Shown in pieces: positions 37,847 through 49,218 of a stretch of 64,000 bases of DNA; positions within the stretch are counted from its first letter, which is position 1; each line of letters begins with the position of its first letter. The DNA lies in NCBI RefSeq assembly GCF_056746865.1, contig NZ_CM163382.1. One strand, written 5' to 3'. Both the position numbers and the translations under genes were made by a program. The notes under the pieces were generated by a model. It ran no database searches, was not told the DNA's origin, and saw nothing but the letters and a program-made list of their open reading frames with translations.

Positions 37847-38037
37847 TCTCCCTTTGATACCGAACAATAATTACTCCTCACTTACACGTAATACTACTTT
37901 CGAGTGAAAATCTACCTATCTCTTTGATTTTCAAATTATTCGATGTATACAAGCCTATATAGCGACCTGCTATAGAAATAATTACACAATACGGTTTGTT
38001 ACTGGAATCAATCGTGAGCAAGCTTGAGTGAGCCATT

Positions 38038-40482
38038 ATGAAAACGAAAATCCCTGATGCGGTATTGGCTGCTGAGGTGAGTCGCCGTGGTTTGGTAAAA
38101 ACGACAGCGATCGGCGGCCTGGCAATGGCCAGCAGCGCATTAACATTACCTTTTAGTCGGATTGCGCACGCTGTCGATAGCGCCATTCCAACAAAATCAG
38201 ACGAAAAGGTTATCTGGAGCGCCTGTACAGTTAACTGTGGTAGTCGCTGCCCGCTACGTATGCACGTCGTGGACGGTGAAATCAAATATGTTGAAACGGA
38301 TAATACTGGCGATGACAACTATGACGGCCTGCACCAGGTGCGCGCCTGTCTGCGTGGTCGTTCCATGCGTCGCCGTGTCTACAATCCGGACCGCCTGAAA
38401 TATCCGATGAAACGAGTCGGGGCGCGCGGTGAAGGCAAATTCGAGCGCATTAGCTGGGAAGAAGCCTACGACATCATCGCGACCAATATGCAGCGCCTGA
38501 TCAAAGAGTACGGCAACGAATCCATCTATCTGAACTATGGCACCGGTACGCTGGGTGGCACCATGACCCGCTCCTGGCCGCCGGGAAATACCCTGGTCGC
38601 TCGCCTGATGAACTGCTGCGGCGGTTATCTGAACCATTACGGTGACTACTCTTCCGCGCAAATTGCGGAAGGTTTGAACTATACCTACGGCGGCTGGGCA
38701 GATGGTAACAGCCCGTCGGATATCGAAAACAGTAAACTGGTAGTGCTGTTTGGTAATAACCCTGGCGAAACGCGAATGAGTGGCGGTGGGGTGACTTACT
38801 ATCTTGAACAGGCGCGTCAGAAATCTAATGCTCGCATGATCATCATCGATCCGCGCTATACCGACACCGGAGCCGGGCGCGAAGATGAGTGGATCCCTAT
38901 TCGTCCGGGAACAGATGCCGCACTGGTTAACGGTCTGGCGTATGTCATGATCACCGAAAACCTGGTGGATCAGGCATTCCTCGATAAATATTGCGTTGGC
39001 TACGACGAGAAAACACTGCCAGCCAGTGCGCCGAAAAATGGTCACTATAAAGCTTATATTCTGGGTGAAGGGCCAGATGGCGTGGCTAAAACGCCGGAAT
39101 GGGCCTCGCAAATCACCGGTGTTCCGGCAGACAAAATCATCAAACTGGCTCGTGAAATCGGTAGTACCAAACCGGCGTTTATCAGCCAGGGATGGGGCCC
39201 GCAGCGTCACGCTAACGGTGAAATCGCAACCCGTGCTATCTCGATGCTGGCGATTCTGACCGGTAACGTTGGTATTAACGGGGGGAACAGCGGCGCGCGT
39301 GAAGGTTCATACAGCTTACCGTTTGTCCGTATGCCGACCCTCGAAAACCCGATCCAGACCAGCATTTCGATGTTTATGTGGACCGATGCCATTGAACGTG
39401 GCCCGGAAATGACGGCGCTGCGTGATGGTGTGCGCGGGAAAGATAAGCTGGATGTGCCGATCAAAATGATCTGGAACTATGCTGGTAACTGCCTGATTAA
39501 CCAGCATTCTGAAATCAACCGTACCCATGAAATCCTTCAGGATGATAAGAAGTGCGAGCTGATTGTGGTTATCGACTGCCACATGACCTCATCGGCGAAA
39601 TATGCTGACATCCTGCTGCCTGACTGCACCGCTTCCGAACAGATGGACTTTGCACTGGATGCATCCTGCGGGAATATGTCTTACGTGATTTTCAACGATC
39701 AGGTGATTAAACCGCGCTTTGAATGTAAGACCATCTATGAAATGACCAGCGAACTGGCAAAACGTCTTGGCGTTGAGCAACAGTTTACTGAAGGCCGTAC
39801 CCAGGAAGAGTGGATGCAGCATCTGTATGCCCAGTCGCGGGAAGCGATTCCTGAACTGCCAACGTTTGAAGAGTTCCGCAAGCAGGGGATCTTTAAAAAG
39901 CGCGACCCACAAGGGCATCACGTTGCTTATAAAGCCTTCCGTGAAGATCCGCAGGCAAATCCACTGACCACGCCATCGGGTAAAATTGAGATTTATTCGC
40001 AGGCGCTGGCTGACATTGCCGCTACCTGGGAATTGCCAGAAGGCGATGTGATCGATCCACTGCCGATCTACACGCCGGGCTTTGAAAGTTATCAGGATCC
40101 GCTGAACAAACAGTATCCGCTGCAGCTTACGGGTTTCCACTATAAATCTCGCGTTCACTCAACTTACGGCAACGTTGATGTGCTGAAAGCGGCTTGCCGT
40201 CAGGAAATGTGGATCAACCCGCTTGATGCCCAAAAACGCGGTATCAACAACGGCGATAAAGTCAGGATCTTTAACGATCGTGGTGAGGTTCATATTGAGG
40301 CGAAAGTGACGCCACGAATGATGCCGGGTGTGGTCGCACTGGGTGAAGGTGCCTGGTATGACCCGGATGCAAAACGTGTCGATAAGGGCGGTTGTATCAA
40401 CGTACTGACCACTCAACGTCCGTCTCCTCTCGCTAAGGGGAATCCGTCACATACAAACCTTGTTCAGGTTGAAAAGGTGTAA
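38038..40482 (+). CDS. dmsA: Anaerobic DMSO reductase catalytic subunit A (molybdopterin)
   Basis: 814 aa; twin-arginine signal VSRRGLVKTTAIGGLAMA; N-terminal Cys cluster CTVNCGSRCPLR. Confidence 0.94.
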   Translation: MKTKIPDAVLAAEVSRRGLVKTTAIGGLAMASSALTLPFSRIAHAVDSAIPTKSDEKVIWSACTVNCGSRCPLRMHVVDGEIKYVETDNTGDDNYDGLHQVRACLRGRSMRRRVYNPDRLKYPMKRVGARGEGKFERISWEEAYDIIATNMQRLIKEYGNESIYLNYGTGTLGGTMTRSWPPGNTLVARLMNCCGGYLNHYGDYSSAQIAEGLNYTYGGWADGNSPSDIENSKLVVLFGNNPGETRMSGGGVTYYLEQARQKSNARMIIIDPRYTDTGAGREDEWIPIRPGTDAALVNGLAYVMITENLVDQAFLDKYCVGYDEKTLPASAPKNGHYKAYILGEGPDGVAKTPEWASQITGVPADKIIKLAREIGSTKPAFISQGWGPQRHANGEIATRAISMLAILTGNVGINGGNSGAREGSYSLPFVRMPTLENPIQTSISMFMWTDAIERGPEMTALRDGVRGKDKLDVPIKMIWNYAGNCLINQHSEINRTHEILQDDKKCELIVVIDCHMTSSAKYADILLPDCTASEQMDFALDASCGNMSYVIFNDQVIKPRFECKTIYEMTSELAKRLGVEQQFTEGRTQEEWMQHLYAQSREAIPELPTFEEFRKQGIFKKRDPQGHHVAYKAFREDPQANPLTTPSGKIEIYSQALADIAATWELPEGDVIDPLPIYTPGFESYQDPLNKQYPLQLTGFHYKSRVHSTYGNVDVLKAACRQEMWINPLDAQKRGINNGDKVRIFNDRGEVHIEAKVTPRMMPGVVALGEGAWYDPDAKRVDKGGCINVLTTQRPSPLAKGNPSHTNLVQVEKV

Positions 40483-40492
40483 GGAGTAACCG

Positions 40493-41110
40493 ATGACAAC
40501 CCAGTATGGATTTTTTATTGATTCCAGCCGTTGCACCGGTTGCAAAACCTGCGAGCTGGCCTGTAAAGACTATAAAGATCTGACGCCGGAAGTCAGCTTC
40601 CGCCGCATTTATGAATATGCTGGCGGTGACTGGCAGGAAGATAACGGTGTCTGGCATCAGAACGTGTTTGCCTACTATCTGTCGATTTCATGTAACCACT
40701 GCGAAGATCCGGCTTGTACTAAAGTCTGCCCGAGTGGTGCGATGCATAAACGTGAAGATGGTTTTGTTGTAGTCGATGAAGATGTGTGCATTGGCTGCCG
40801 CTACTGCCATATGGCTTGCCCGTATGGCGCACCGCAATATAACGAAACGAAAGGCCATATGACCAAATGCGATGGTTGTTATGACCGTGTTGCGGAGGGG
40901 AAAAAGCCGATCTGTGTTGAATCTTGCCCGCTGCGGGCGCTGGATTTCGGCCCTATCGACGAGCTGCGTAAAAAACATGGCGATCTGGCGGCCGTTGCGC
41001 CGTTGCCGCGAGCTCACTTTACCAAACCGAATATTGTGATCAAACCCAATGCCAACAGCCGCCCGACCGGGGATACCACTGGCTATCTGGCAAACCCGAA
41101 GGAGGTGTGA
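40493..41110 (+). CDS. dmsB: DMSO reductase iron-sulfur subunit B
   Basis: 205 aa; four ferredoxin-type Cys motifs (CTGCKTCELAC, CNHCEDPAC, CIGCRYCHMAC, CDGC...CVESC). Confidence 0.94.
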   Translation: MTTQYGFFIDSSRCTGCKTCELACKDYKDLTPEVSFRRIYEYAGGDWQEDNGVWHQNVFAYYLSISCNHCEDPACTKVCPSGAMHKREDGFVVVDEDVCIGCRYCHMACPYGAPQYNETKGHMTKCDGCYDRVAEGKKPICVESCPLRALDFGPIDELRKKHGDLAAVAPLPRAHFTKPNIVIKPNANSRPTGDTTGYLANPKEV

Positions 41111-41111
41111 G

Positions 41112-41975
41112 ATGGGAAGTGGATGGCATGAATGGCCGCTGATGATCTTCACGGTCTTCGGGCAATGTGTAGCGGGTGGTTTTATCGTTCTGGCTTTGGC
41201 GCTGCTCAAAGGCGACCTGCGAGCAGAAGCCCAGCAGCGTGTTATTGCCTGCATGTTTGGTTTATGGGTGCTGATGGGCATTGGCTTTATCGCCTCTATG
41301 CTTCATCTTGGTTCACCGATGCGCGCCTTTAACTCGCTCAACCGGGTAGGGGCTTCAGCACTCAGTAACGAAATCGCCAGCGGTTCGATCTTTTTTGCTG
41401 TTGGTGGCATCGGCTGGTTGCTGGCAATGCTGAAAAAGCTGTCACCGGCATTGCGTACGCTGTGGCTGATAGTGACGATGGTTCTTGGCGTCATCTTTGT
41501 CTGGATGATGGTGCGTGTGTATAACAGCATTCATACCGTTCCGACCTGGTACAGCATCTGGACGCCGATGGGCTTCTTCCTGACGATGTTTATGGGCGGC
41601 CCGTTACTGGGTTACCTGTTGCTGAGTCTGGCTGGCGTCGATGGCTGGGCGATGCGTCTGCTGCCAGCCATTTCTGTACTGGCACTGGTAGTGAGTGGTG
41701 TGATGTCAGTGATGCAGGGCGCAGAGCTGGCGACTATTCATAGTTCTGTGCAGCAGGCCGCAGCGCTGGTGCCGGACTATGGTGCGCTGATGTCCTGGCG
41801 GATCGTGCTTTTGGCTGTTGCCCTGTGTTTGTGGATTGCACCACAGCTAAAAGGTTATCAGCCTGCGGTTCCGCTACTATCCGTCTCATTCATTCTGCTT
41901 CTGGCAGGAGAATTAATCGGCCGCGGCGTATTCTATGGTTTGCATATGACCGTGGGGATGGCCGTCGCAAGCTAA
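41112..41975 (+). CDS. dmsC: DMSO reductase membrane anchor subunit C
   Basis: ORF 41049..41975; start at MGSGWHEWPLMIFTVFGQ gives 287 aa; polytopic membrane protein. Confidence 0.9.
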   Translation: MGSGWHEWPLMIFTVFGQCVAGGFIVLALALLKGDLRAEAQQRVIACMFGLWVLMGIGFIASMLHLGSPMRAFNSLNRVGASALSNEIASGSIFFAVGGIGWLLAMLKKLSPALRTLWLIVTMVLGVIFVWMMVRVYNSIHTVPTWYSIWTPMGFFLTMFMGGPLLGYLLLSLAGVDGWAMRLLPAISVLALVVSGVMSVMQGAELATIHSSVQQAAALVPDYGALMSWRIVLLAVALCLWIAPQLKGYQPAVPLLSVSFILLLAGELIGRGVFYGLHMTVGMAVAS

Positions 41976-41981
41976 TCAGTA

Positions 41982-42014
41982 ACAACCGGGGTTTCGACCC
42001 CGGTTCTCTTTTAT
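41982..42014 (+). terminator. Putative terminator after dmsC (overlaps the 3' end of convergent ycaC)
   Basis: Hairpin aaccggggtttcgaccccggtt followed by ctcttttatttc. Confidence 0.6.
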
Positions 42015-42637
42015 TTCTGCTTCGTTAATGTGTCATAACTGGTCATCAAATTACGATAATCAGGAATGTGGTTAGAGAACAACGTCGCCAGTCCTTCAAT
42101 ATCATTACGCCAGTCACGGTGCAGCTCGCAAGCCACGCCGAACCATGTCATCAATTGCGCACCAGCTTGCGACATGCGATCCCACGCCGAATGCCGGGTA
42201 ATTTCATTAAAGGTCCCTGATGCATCAGTCACGACAAATACATCAAACCCCTCTTCAATGGCTGAAAGCGCCGGGAATGCCACGCAAACTTCGGTTACCA
42301 CACCGGCAATAATTAACTGTTTTTTACCTGTCGCTTTGACAGCTTTTACAAAATCTTCGTTATCCCAGGCGTTAATATTGCCCGGGCGAGCAATGTAAGG
42401 TGCATCGGGGAACTGTGCTTTCAGTTCTGGAACTAATGGGCCGTTAGGACCGGTTTCAAAACTGGTGGTAAGAATAGTAGGTAAGTTGAAATACTTAGCC
42501 AGGTCGCCCAGCGCCAGCACGTTATTTTTAAACTTATCGGGTTCGATATCCCGTACAAGGGAAAGTAAACCAGCCTGGTGATCAACAAGCAAAACGGCAG
42601 CATCATTTTTATCAAGACGAACATACGGTTTGGTCAT
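42011..42637 (-). CDS. ycaC: Isochorismatase-family hydrolase YcaC
   Basis: 208 aa MTKPYVRLDKNDAAVLLVDHQAGLLSLVRD; cysteine hydrolase family. Confidence 0.9.
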   Translation of the reverse strand: MTKPYVRLDKNDAAVLLVDHQAGLLSLVRDIEPDKFKNNVLALGDLAKYFNLPTILTTSFETGPNGPLVPELKAQFPDAPYIARPGNINAWDNEDFVKAVKATGKKQLIIAGVVTEVCVAFPALSAIEEGFDVFVVTDASGTFNEITRHSAWDRMSQAGAQLMTWFGVACELHRDWRNDIEGLATLFSNHIPDYRNLMTSYDTLTKQK

Positions 42638-42951
42638 CCTCTTCTCCTTTCGAGAGTCAGTGGTACGTCTGAAATCGGTCAGACGCGATGCATTGCTCTG
42701 AAAGCATAGACGGGAAATATGAGTTTGCTGTGACCATGAAATTTTTCGACTGAACGAAGCGTATGAAATTTGTGTTAGATCAATAAAAACAATCAGATGA
42801 GATTAATCGTCTCTCCAGCATTAGCGTTATGAATGAGTAATATAAATCGATAATACCTCAGCTGCGATATGCGCGTATTTTCACCCATTGACAATGTTTT
42901 TGGCGGTGGCATGATGCGCATGAAATTTGAACTTCCTCACGGTTTTAATTC

Positions 42952-44100
42952 ATGTCCACGTATACCCGGCCTGTCATGCTTTTGCTGTCTGGCCTGCTTT
43001 TGTTGACTCTGGCGATCGCAGTGTTAAATACACTCGTGCCGCTTTGGCTCGCCCAGGAACATATGTCCACATGGCAGGTAGGCGTTGTCAGCTCATCCTA
43101 TTTTACCGGCAACCTGGTCGGTACATTGCTGACAGGGTATGTCATTAAGCGCATTGGCTTTAACCGCAGCTATTATCTGGCCTCCTTCATTTTTGCCGCT
43201 GGCTGTGCCGGCCTTGGCCTGATGATTGGATTCTGGAGCTGGTTGACTTGGCGTTTTGTCGCCGGCGTCGGCTGTGCCATGATTTGGGTGGTTGTTGAGA
43301 GCGCGCTGATGTGCAGTGGGACGTCATGTAACCGTGGGCGTTTGCTTGCTGCGTATATGATGGTTTATTACGTGGGAACGTTTTTAGGCCAGTTACTGGT
43401 CAGCAAAGTTTCAACCGAGCTGATGTCCGTATTGCCGTGGGTTACAGGTTTGACGTTGGCAGGGATCTTACCGCTGTTGTTTACGCGTGTGCTGAATCAG
43501 CAGGCTGAAAACCATGATTCGACGTCAATTACGTCAATGCTAAAACTCCGTCAGGCGCGGCTTGGCGTGAATGGCTGCATTATCTCAGGAATCGTTCTGG
43601 GATCTCTATATGGCCTGATGCCGCTGTTCCTCAATCACAAAGGGGTGAGCAATGCCAGCATTGGTTTCTGGATGGCGGTACTGGTCAGTGCGGGTATCCT
43701 TGGACAATGGCCGATTGGACGTCTGGCGGATAAGTTTGGTCGACTGCTGGTGTTGCGTGTTCAGGTCTTTGTCGTCATTCTCGGCAGTATCGCGATGCTT
43801 AGCCAGGCGGCGATGGCCCCAGCGTTATTCATCCTCGGTGCCGCTGGCTTTACGCTATATCCGGTGGCGATGGCCTGGGCTTGCGAGAAAGTTGAACATC
43901 ATCAACTGGTGGCGATGAACCAGGCCTTACTGTTGAGCTATACCGTGGGAAGTCTGCTTGGCCCGTCATTTACCGCTATGCTAATGCAGAATTTCTCCGA
44001 TAATTTATTGTTTATCATGATCGCCAGCGTATCGTTTATCTATTTGCTGATGCTGCTTCGCAACGCCGGTCATACGCCGAAACCCGTTGCTCACGTGTAA
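42952..44100 (+). CDS. ycaD: MFS transporter YcaD
   Basis: 382 aa; 12-TM-like hydrophobic profile; [27 protein letters not shown]. Confidence 0.88.
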   Translation: MSTYTRPVMLLLSGLLLLTLAIAVLNTLVPLWLAQEHMSTWQVGVVSSSYFTGNLVGTLLTGYVIKRIGFNRSYYLASFIFAAGCAGLGLMIGFWSWLTWRFVAGVGCAMIWVVVESALMCSGTSCNRGRLLAAYMMVYYVGTFLGQLLVSKVSTELMSVLPWVTGLTLAGILPLLFTRVLNQQAENHDSTSITSMLKLRQARLGVNGCIISGIVLGSLYGLMPLFLNHKGVSNASIGFWMAVLVSAGILGQWPIGRLADKFGRLLVLRVQVFVVILGSIAMLSQAAMAPALFILGAAGFTLYPVAMAWACEKVEHHQLVAMNQALLLSYTVGSLLGPSFTAMLMQNFSDNLLFIMIASVSFIYLLMLLRNAGHTPKPVAHV

Positions 44101-44108
44101 ATGAATTC

Positions 44109-44150
44109 AAGCAGAGTGTGAACTTACTGTTTCACACTCTGCTTTTTTGT
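44109..44150 (+). terminator. Putative rho-independent terminator of ycaD
   Basis: Hairpin aagcagagtgtgaa...ttcacactctgctt followed by ttttttg. Confidence 0.7.
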
Positions 44151-44309
44151 TTCTTCTATCTGACTTGCTTTATTCCAAATTTTATTCGTTTAAAAATAAA
44201 ATGTGCAGCAGGTTATAATTTTGCATTTCGCTATTTCCGCACTTCTTATTTGCCGCGCATAATCCCTCGTTTTACAGATGCCCCTTTAATTTTGGCGAAG
44301 GATTTGTCT

Positions 44310-45740
44310 ATGGCTGGGAATGTTCAGGAAAAACAGCTGCGATGGTACAACATTGCGCTGATGTCTTTTATCACTGTCTGGGGTTTTGGCAACGTTGTTA
44401 ATAACTACGCCAACCAGGGGCTGGTGGTTGTTTTTTCATGGGTGTTTATCTTTGCGCTCTATTTCACACCTTATGCGCTAATTGTTGGTCAGTTAGGCTC
44501 GACCTTCAAAGATGGGAAGGGCGGGGTCAGTACCTGGATTAAACACACGATGGGACCCGGACTGGCTTACCTCGCCGCGTGGACCTACTGGGTAGTGCAT
44601 ATTCCCTATCTGGCACAAAAACCCCAGGCAATACTGATTGCGCTCGGTTGGGCGATGAAAGGCGACGGTTCGTTAATCAAAGAATATTCAGTCGTAGCGT
44701 TACAGGGGTTAACGCTGGTGCTGTTTATCTTCTTTATGTGGGTTGCTTCACGCGGTATGAAATCGCTGAAAATCGTCGGTTCTGTGGCAGGGATTGCGAT
44801 GTTTGTTATGTCGCTCCTGTATGTGGCGATGGCGGTAACCGCGCCTGCAATTACTGAAGTGCATATTGCGACCACAAACATTACCTGGGAAACGTTCATT
44901 CCTCATATCGACTTTACCTACATTACCACTATTTCAATGCTGGTTTTCGCGGTTGGCGGAGCAGAGAAGATTTCTCCTTACGTTAATCAAACGCGCAACC
45001 CAGGAAAAGAATTTCCAAAAGGGATGTTATGCCTGGCGGTGATGGTTGCGGTTTGTGCCATTCTGGGCTCACTGGCGATGGGGATGATGTTTGACTCGCG
45101 TAATATCCCGGATGACTTAATGACTAACGGTCAGTATTACGCCTTTCAGAAGCTGGGCGAGTATTACAACATGGGTAATACTTTAATGGTGATTTATGCC
45201 ATTGCGAATACCCTGGGACAAGTAGCTGCGCTGGTATTCTCGATTGATGCGCCGCTTAAAGTGTTATTAGGCGATGCTGACAGCAAATATATTCCAGCCA
45301 GTTTATGTCGTACCAACGCTTCTGGTACGCCCGTTAATGGCTATTTTCTGACCCTGGTGCTGGTGGCGATCCTGATAATGCTACCGACTCTCGGCATTGG
45401 TGATATGAACAATCTCTATAAATGGCTGTTGAATCTTAACTCGGTAGTGATGCCGCTGCGTTATTTATGGGTATTTGTTGCATTTATTGCAGTCGTTCGC
45501 CTGGCGCAGAAATATAAACCAGAATATGTCTTTATTCGTAATAAGCCTCTGGCAATGACCGTCGGGATTTGGTGTTTTGCCTTTACCGCCTTTGCCTGTT
45601 TGACGGGGATCTTCCCGAAAATGGAAGCCTTCACTGCAGAGTGGACCTTCCAGTTGGCGCTGAATGTTGCAACGCCGTTTGTGTTGGTAGGATTAGGACT
45701 GATATTCCCGCTGCTGGCGCGTAAAGCGAATGATAAATAA
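44310..45740 (+). CDS. ycaM: APC-family amino-acid transporter YcaM
   Basis: ORF 44118..45740; start at MAGNVQEKQLRWYNIALMSF gives 476 aa; polytopic membrane protein. Confidence 0.85.
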   Translation: MAGNVQEKQLRWYNIALMSFITVWGFGNVVNNYANQGLVVVFSWVFIFALYFTPYALIVGQLGSTFKDGKGGVSTWIKHTMGPGLAYLAAWTYWVVHIPYLAQKPQAILIALGWAMKGDGSLIKEYSVVALQGLTLVLFIFFMWVASRGMKSLKIVGSVAGIAMFVMSLLYVAMAVTAPAITEVHIATTNITWETFIPHIDFTYITTISMLVFAVGGAEKISPYVNQTRNPGKEFPKGMLCLAVMVAVCAILGSLAMGMMFDSRNIPDDLMTNGQYYAFQKLGEYYNMGNTLMVIYAIANTLGQVAALVFSIDAPLKVLLGDADSKYIPASLCRTNASGTPVNGYFLTLVLVAILIMLPTLGIGDMNNLYKWLLNLNSVVMPLRYLWVFVAFIAVVRLAQKYKPEYVFIRNKPLAMTVGIWCFAFTAFACLTGIFPKMEAFTAEWTFQLALNVATPFVLVGLGLIFPLLARKANDK

Positions 45741-45904
45741 TTATTGTGGTCGGTGACGCTGACTCTGGCAGATCTGACCCGTTTTTACATAATCGAGAAA
45801 TGCGCGTAAGCCGCAGGACATATACTGGCGGTTTGGGTAATACATTTGGAAGCTGTGCTGTAAGGGCGTTAGAAATAGAGCTCTGAATTATTTATGCAGA
45901 GCGG

Positions 45905-45940
45905 AATAAAAAAGCGGCAACTCAAAAAAGTTGCCGCTTT
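45905..45940 (-). terminator. Putative rho-independent terminator of pflA
   Basis: Hairpin aaagcggcaac-tcaaaaaa-gttgccgcttt with an A-run on + upstream (T-run on the minus strand), 10 bp past the pflA stop. Confidence 0.65.
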
Positions 45941-45949
45941 ACGGGGAAA

Positions 45950-46690
45950 TTAGAACATTACCTTATGACCGTACTGCTCAAGAATGCCTTTCACGCGTTC
46001 CATGGTCTCTTTCTTCGGTGGTTTAACACCATCAAGTTTGTATTCTTCACCCATCGCCACCCATTTGTGTTTGCCAAGTTCGTGGTAGGGGAGAAGCTCG
46101 ATTTTCTCAACGTTGCCCATATCACGGGTAAATTCACCGAGGCGATGCGCTGAATCGTCATCGTCAGACCAGCCTGGGACAACAACGTAGCGGATCCACA
46201 CCTTCACATTTTTGTTCGCCAGATATTTGGCGAACTCCAGCGTGCGGTGGTTGGAAACTCCAACCAGATTTTGGTGGATCTCGTCGTTCATCTGTTTGAG
46301 ATCGAGCATTACCAGGTCGGTTACTTCCAGCAGTTCATCAATCACCGGATCGTAACGACGAACAAAACCGTTGGTATCCAGACAGGTATGAATGCCTTCT
46401 TTTTTGCAGGCGCGGAACCAGTCACGAACAAACTCAGCTTGCAGGATTGCTTCACCGCCGGATGCGGTAACGCCGCCGCCGGAAGCGTTCATAAAGTGGC
46501 GATAGGTCACCACTTCCTTCATCAAATCTTCAACGGTAACTTCTTTACCGCCATGCGTGTCCCAGGTGTCGCGGTTATGACAATACAGGCAGCGCATCAG
46601 GCAGCCCTGGAAAAAGGTGATAAAGCGAATACCCGGGCCGTCTACGGTTCCACAGGATTCAAAGGAGTGAATGCGACCAATAACTGACAT
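45950..46690 (-). CDS. pflA: Pyruvate formate-lyase activating enzyme (radical SAM)
   Basis: ORF 45950..46717; start at [23 protein letters not shown] gives 246 aa; radical-SAM [10 protein letters not shown]. Confidence 0.95.
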   Translation of the reverse strand: MSVIGRIHSFESCGTVDGPGIRFITFFQGCLMRCLYCHNRDTWDTHGGKEVTVEDLMKEVVTYRHFMNASGGGVTASGGEAILQAEFVRDWFRACKKEGIHTCLDTNGFVRRYDPVIDELLEVTDLVMLDLKQMNDEIHQNLVGVSNHRTLEFAKYLANKNVKVWIRYVVVPGWSDDDDSAHRLGEFTRDMGNVEKIELLPYHELGKHKWVAMGEEYKLDGVKPPKKETMERVKGILEQYGHKVMF

Positions 46691-46812
46691 TGCGGTGTTT
46701 CTCCAGATGTGGCCCATCTGAGGCCGTGTTGGTGCGCAGCTCGAAGGCTACGTCGAGTCTGTTTTGGCAGTCACCTTAAAGTATAGATAGCTGACAAAAA
46801 AGGCTCTCGTGC

Positions 46813-46843
46813 TAAAAAAGGCCCCACTTTCGTGGAGCCTTTA
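46813..46843 (-). terminator. Putative rho-independent terminator of pflB
   Basis: Minus-strand hairpin aaggctccacgaaagtggggcctt followed by a T-run, ~40 bp past the pflB stop. Confidence 0.65.
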
Positions 46844-46881
46844 TTGTACGCTTTTTACTGTACGATTTCAGTCAAATCTAA

Positions 46882-49164
46882 TTACATAGATTGAGTGAAG
46901 GTACGAGTAATAACGTCCTGCTGCTGTTCTTTAGTCAGCGAGTTGAAACGTACTGCGTAGCCAGATACACGGATGGTCAGCTGCGGATATTTTTCCGGGT
47001 TTTCCATCGCGTCGAGCAGCATTTCACGGTTCATCACGTTAACGTTCAGGTGCTGACCACCTTCGATGGATGCTTCGTGGTGGAAGTAACCATCCATCAG
47101 ACCAGCCAGGTTGGTCTTACGAACTTCGTCGTCTTTACCCAGTGCGTTCGGAACGATAGAGAAGGTGTAGGAGATACCATCTTTAGCGTAAGCAAACGGC
47201 AGTTTAGCAACGGAAGTCAGAGAGGCTACTGCACCTTTCTGGTCACGACCGTGCATCGGGTTAGCACCCGGTCCGAACGGCGCGCCAGCACGACGACCGT
47301 CTGGGGTGTTACCAGTTTTCTTACCATACACAACGTTAGAAGTGATGGTCAGAACAGACTGAGTCGGGATAGCGTCACGGTAGGTGTGCAGTTTCTGAAT
47401 TTTCTTCATGAAACGTTCTACCAGGTCAACAGCCAGGTCATCTACACGCGGATCGTTGTTACCAAACTGCGGGTATTCGCCTTCGATTTCGAAGTCGATA
47501 GCCAGACCGTCTTCGTCACGAATCGGTTTAACTTTCGCATATTTGATTGCAGACAGGGAGTCAGCAGCAACGGACAGACCAGCGATACCACACGCCATGG
47601 TGCGGATAACGTCACGGTCGTGCAGCGCCATCAGAGAGGCTTCGTAGCTGTACTTGTCGTGCATGTAGTGGATGATGTTCAGTGCAGTGATGTACTGTTT
47701 AGCCAGCCAGTCCATGAAGTGATCCATGCGCTCCATCACTTCATCGTAGTTCAGGAGATCGCCTTTGATCGGTTCAGACTTCGGACCAACCTGCATTTTC
47801 AGTTTTTCGTCAACGCCGCCGTTGATTGCGTACAGCATGGTTTTCGCCAGGTTTGCACGCGCACCGAAGAACTGCATTTGTTTACCAACGATCATCGGGC
47901 TTACGCAGCAAGCGATAGCGTAGTCATCGTTGTTGAAGTCCGGACGCATCAGGTCATCGTTCTCATACTGCAGAGAAGAGGTGTCGATGGACACTTTAGC
48001 AGCGAATTTCTTGAAGTTCAGCGGCAGTTTTTCGGACCACAGAATGGTCATGTTCGGTTCCGGAGACGGACCCATGGTGTACAGGGTGTTCAGGAAACGG
48101 AAGCTGTTTTTGGTAACCAGGGTACGACCGTCGAGGCCCATACCACCGATAGATTCGGTTGCCCAGATCGGGTCGCCAGAGAACAGTTCATCGTATTCCG
48201 GAGTACGCAGGAAGCGAACCATACGCAGTTTCATGACCAGGTGGTCAACCATTTCCTGCGCTTCTTGTTCGGTGATCTTGCCAGCTTTCAGGTCACGTTC
48301 GATGTACACATCCAGGAAGGTGGAGGTACGACCGAAGGACATTGCAGCACCGTTCTGAGACTTAACAGCAGCCAGGTAGCCGAAGTAAGTCCACTGGATA
48401 GCTTCCTGAGCGTTGGTAGCCGGACCAGAGATGTCGTAGCCGTATTTCGCAGCCATTTCTTTCATCTGACCCAGAGCGCGGTGCTGTTCAGCGATTTCTT
48501 CGCGCAGACGGATAGTCTGTTCCAGGTTTACGCCGTTTTCCAGATCAGCCTGCAGAGAGGTGAACTGTGCAAGTTTGTCTTTCATCAGGTAGTCGATACC
48601 GTACAGCGCAACGCGACGGTAGTCACCGATGATACGACCACGGCCATAAGCATCTGGCAGACCGGTCAGAACACCGGATTTACGGCAACGCAGGATGTCC
48701 GGAGTGTAAACGTCGAACACGCCCTGGTTGTGAGTTTTACGGTATTCAGTGAAGATTTTTTTGATCATCGGGTCCAGTTCGCGGTTGTACGCTTTGCAGG
48801 AACCTTCGATCATTTTGATACCACCGAACGGGATAAGAGCACGTTTCAGCGGAGCTTCAGTCTGCAGACCAACAACTTTTTCCAACGCTTTGTTGATGTA
48901 GCCAGCGTCGTGAGAGGTGATGGTGGAAGCAACAGCGGTGTCAAAGTCAACTGGCGCGTGAGTGCGGTTTTCCAGTTTAACGCCTTCCATTACTTTGTCC
49001 CACAGGGTGGTGGTCGCTTCAGTAGCGCCAGCCAGGAAGGACTCGTCACCCTCGTACGGAGTGTAGTTTTTCTGAATGAAGTCACGGACGTTTACTTCAT
49101 TCTGCCAGTCACCTTTGGTAAAACCTTCCCAGGCTGTGGCTAACTTTTCATTAAGCTCGGACAT
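46882..49164 (-). CDS. pflB: Pyruvate formate-lyase (formate C-acetyltransferase 1)
   Basis: 760 aa [61 protein letters not shown]; C-terminal glycyl-radical motif RVSGYAV. Confidence 0.97.
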   Translation of the reverse strand: MSELNEKLATAWEGFTKGDWQNEVNVRDFIQKNYTPYEGDESFLAGATEATTTLWDKVMEGVKLENRTHAPVDFDTAVASTITSHDAGYINKALEKVVGLQTEAPLKRALIPFGGIKMIEGSCKAYNRELDPMIKKIFTEYRKTHNQGVFDVYTPDILRCRKSGVLTGLPDAYGRGRIIGDYRRVALYGIDYLMKDKLAQFTSLQADLENGVNLEQTIRLREEIAEQHRALGQMKEMAAKYGYDISGPATNAQEAIQWTYFGYLAAVKSQNGAAMSFGRTSTFLDVYIERDLKAGKITEQEAQEMVDHLVMKLRMVRFLRTPEYDELFSGDPIWATESIGGMGLDGRTLVTKNSFRFLNTLYTMGPSPEPNMTILWSEKLPLNFKKFAAKVSIDTSSLQYENDDLMRPDFNNDDYAIACCVSPMIVGKQMQFFGARANLAKTMLYAINGGVDEKLKMQVGPKSEPIKGDLLNYDEVMERMDHFMDWLAKQYITALNIIHYMHDKYSYEASLMALHDRDVIRTMACGIAGLSVAADSLSAIKYAKVKPIRDEDGLAIDFEIEGEYPQFGNNDPRVDDLAVDLVERFMKKIQKLHTYRDAIPTQSVLTITSNVVYGKKTGNTPDGRRAGAPFGPGANPMHGRDQKGAVASLTSVAKLPFAYAKDGISYTFSIVPNALGKDDEVRKTNLAGLMDGYFHHEASIEGGQHLNVNVMNREMLLDAMENPEKYPQLTIRVSGYAVRFNSLTKEQQQDVITRTFTQSM

Positions 49165-49218
49165 GTAACACCTACCTTCTTAAGTGGATTTTTTATTTAC
49201 TGCGTACTTCGACAACCA

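Noticed and set aside
37854-37867. Possible FNR half-site-like sequence (ttgataccgaacaa) upstream of dmsA
   Set aside because: Imperfect match to TTGAT-N4-ATCAA, and its distance to the true transcription start cannot be judged without mapping data; too weak to annotate as a feature.
46891-49143. 750-aa ORF on the + strand, antisense to pflB
   Set aside because: pflB is unambiguous (glycyl-radical motif, full-length identity). Long antisense ORFs are common opposite highly expressed genes with strong codon bias; the predicted protein is low-complexity with no recognisable domain.
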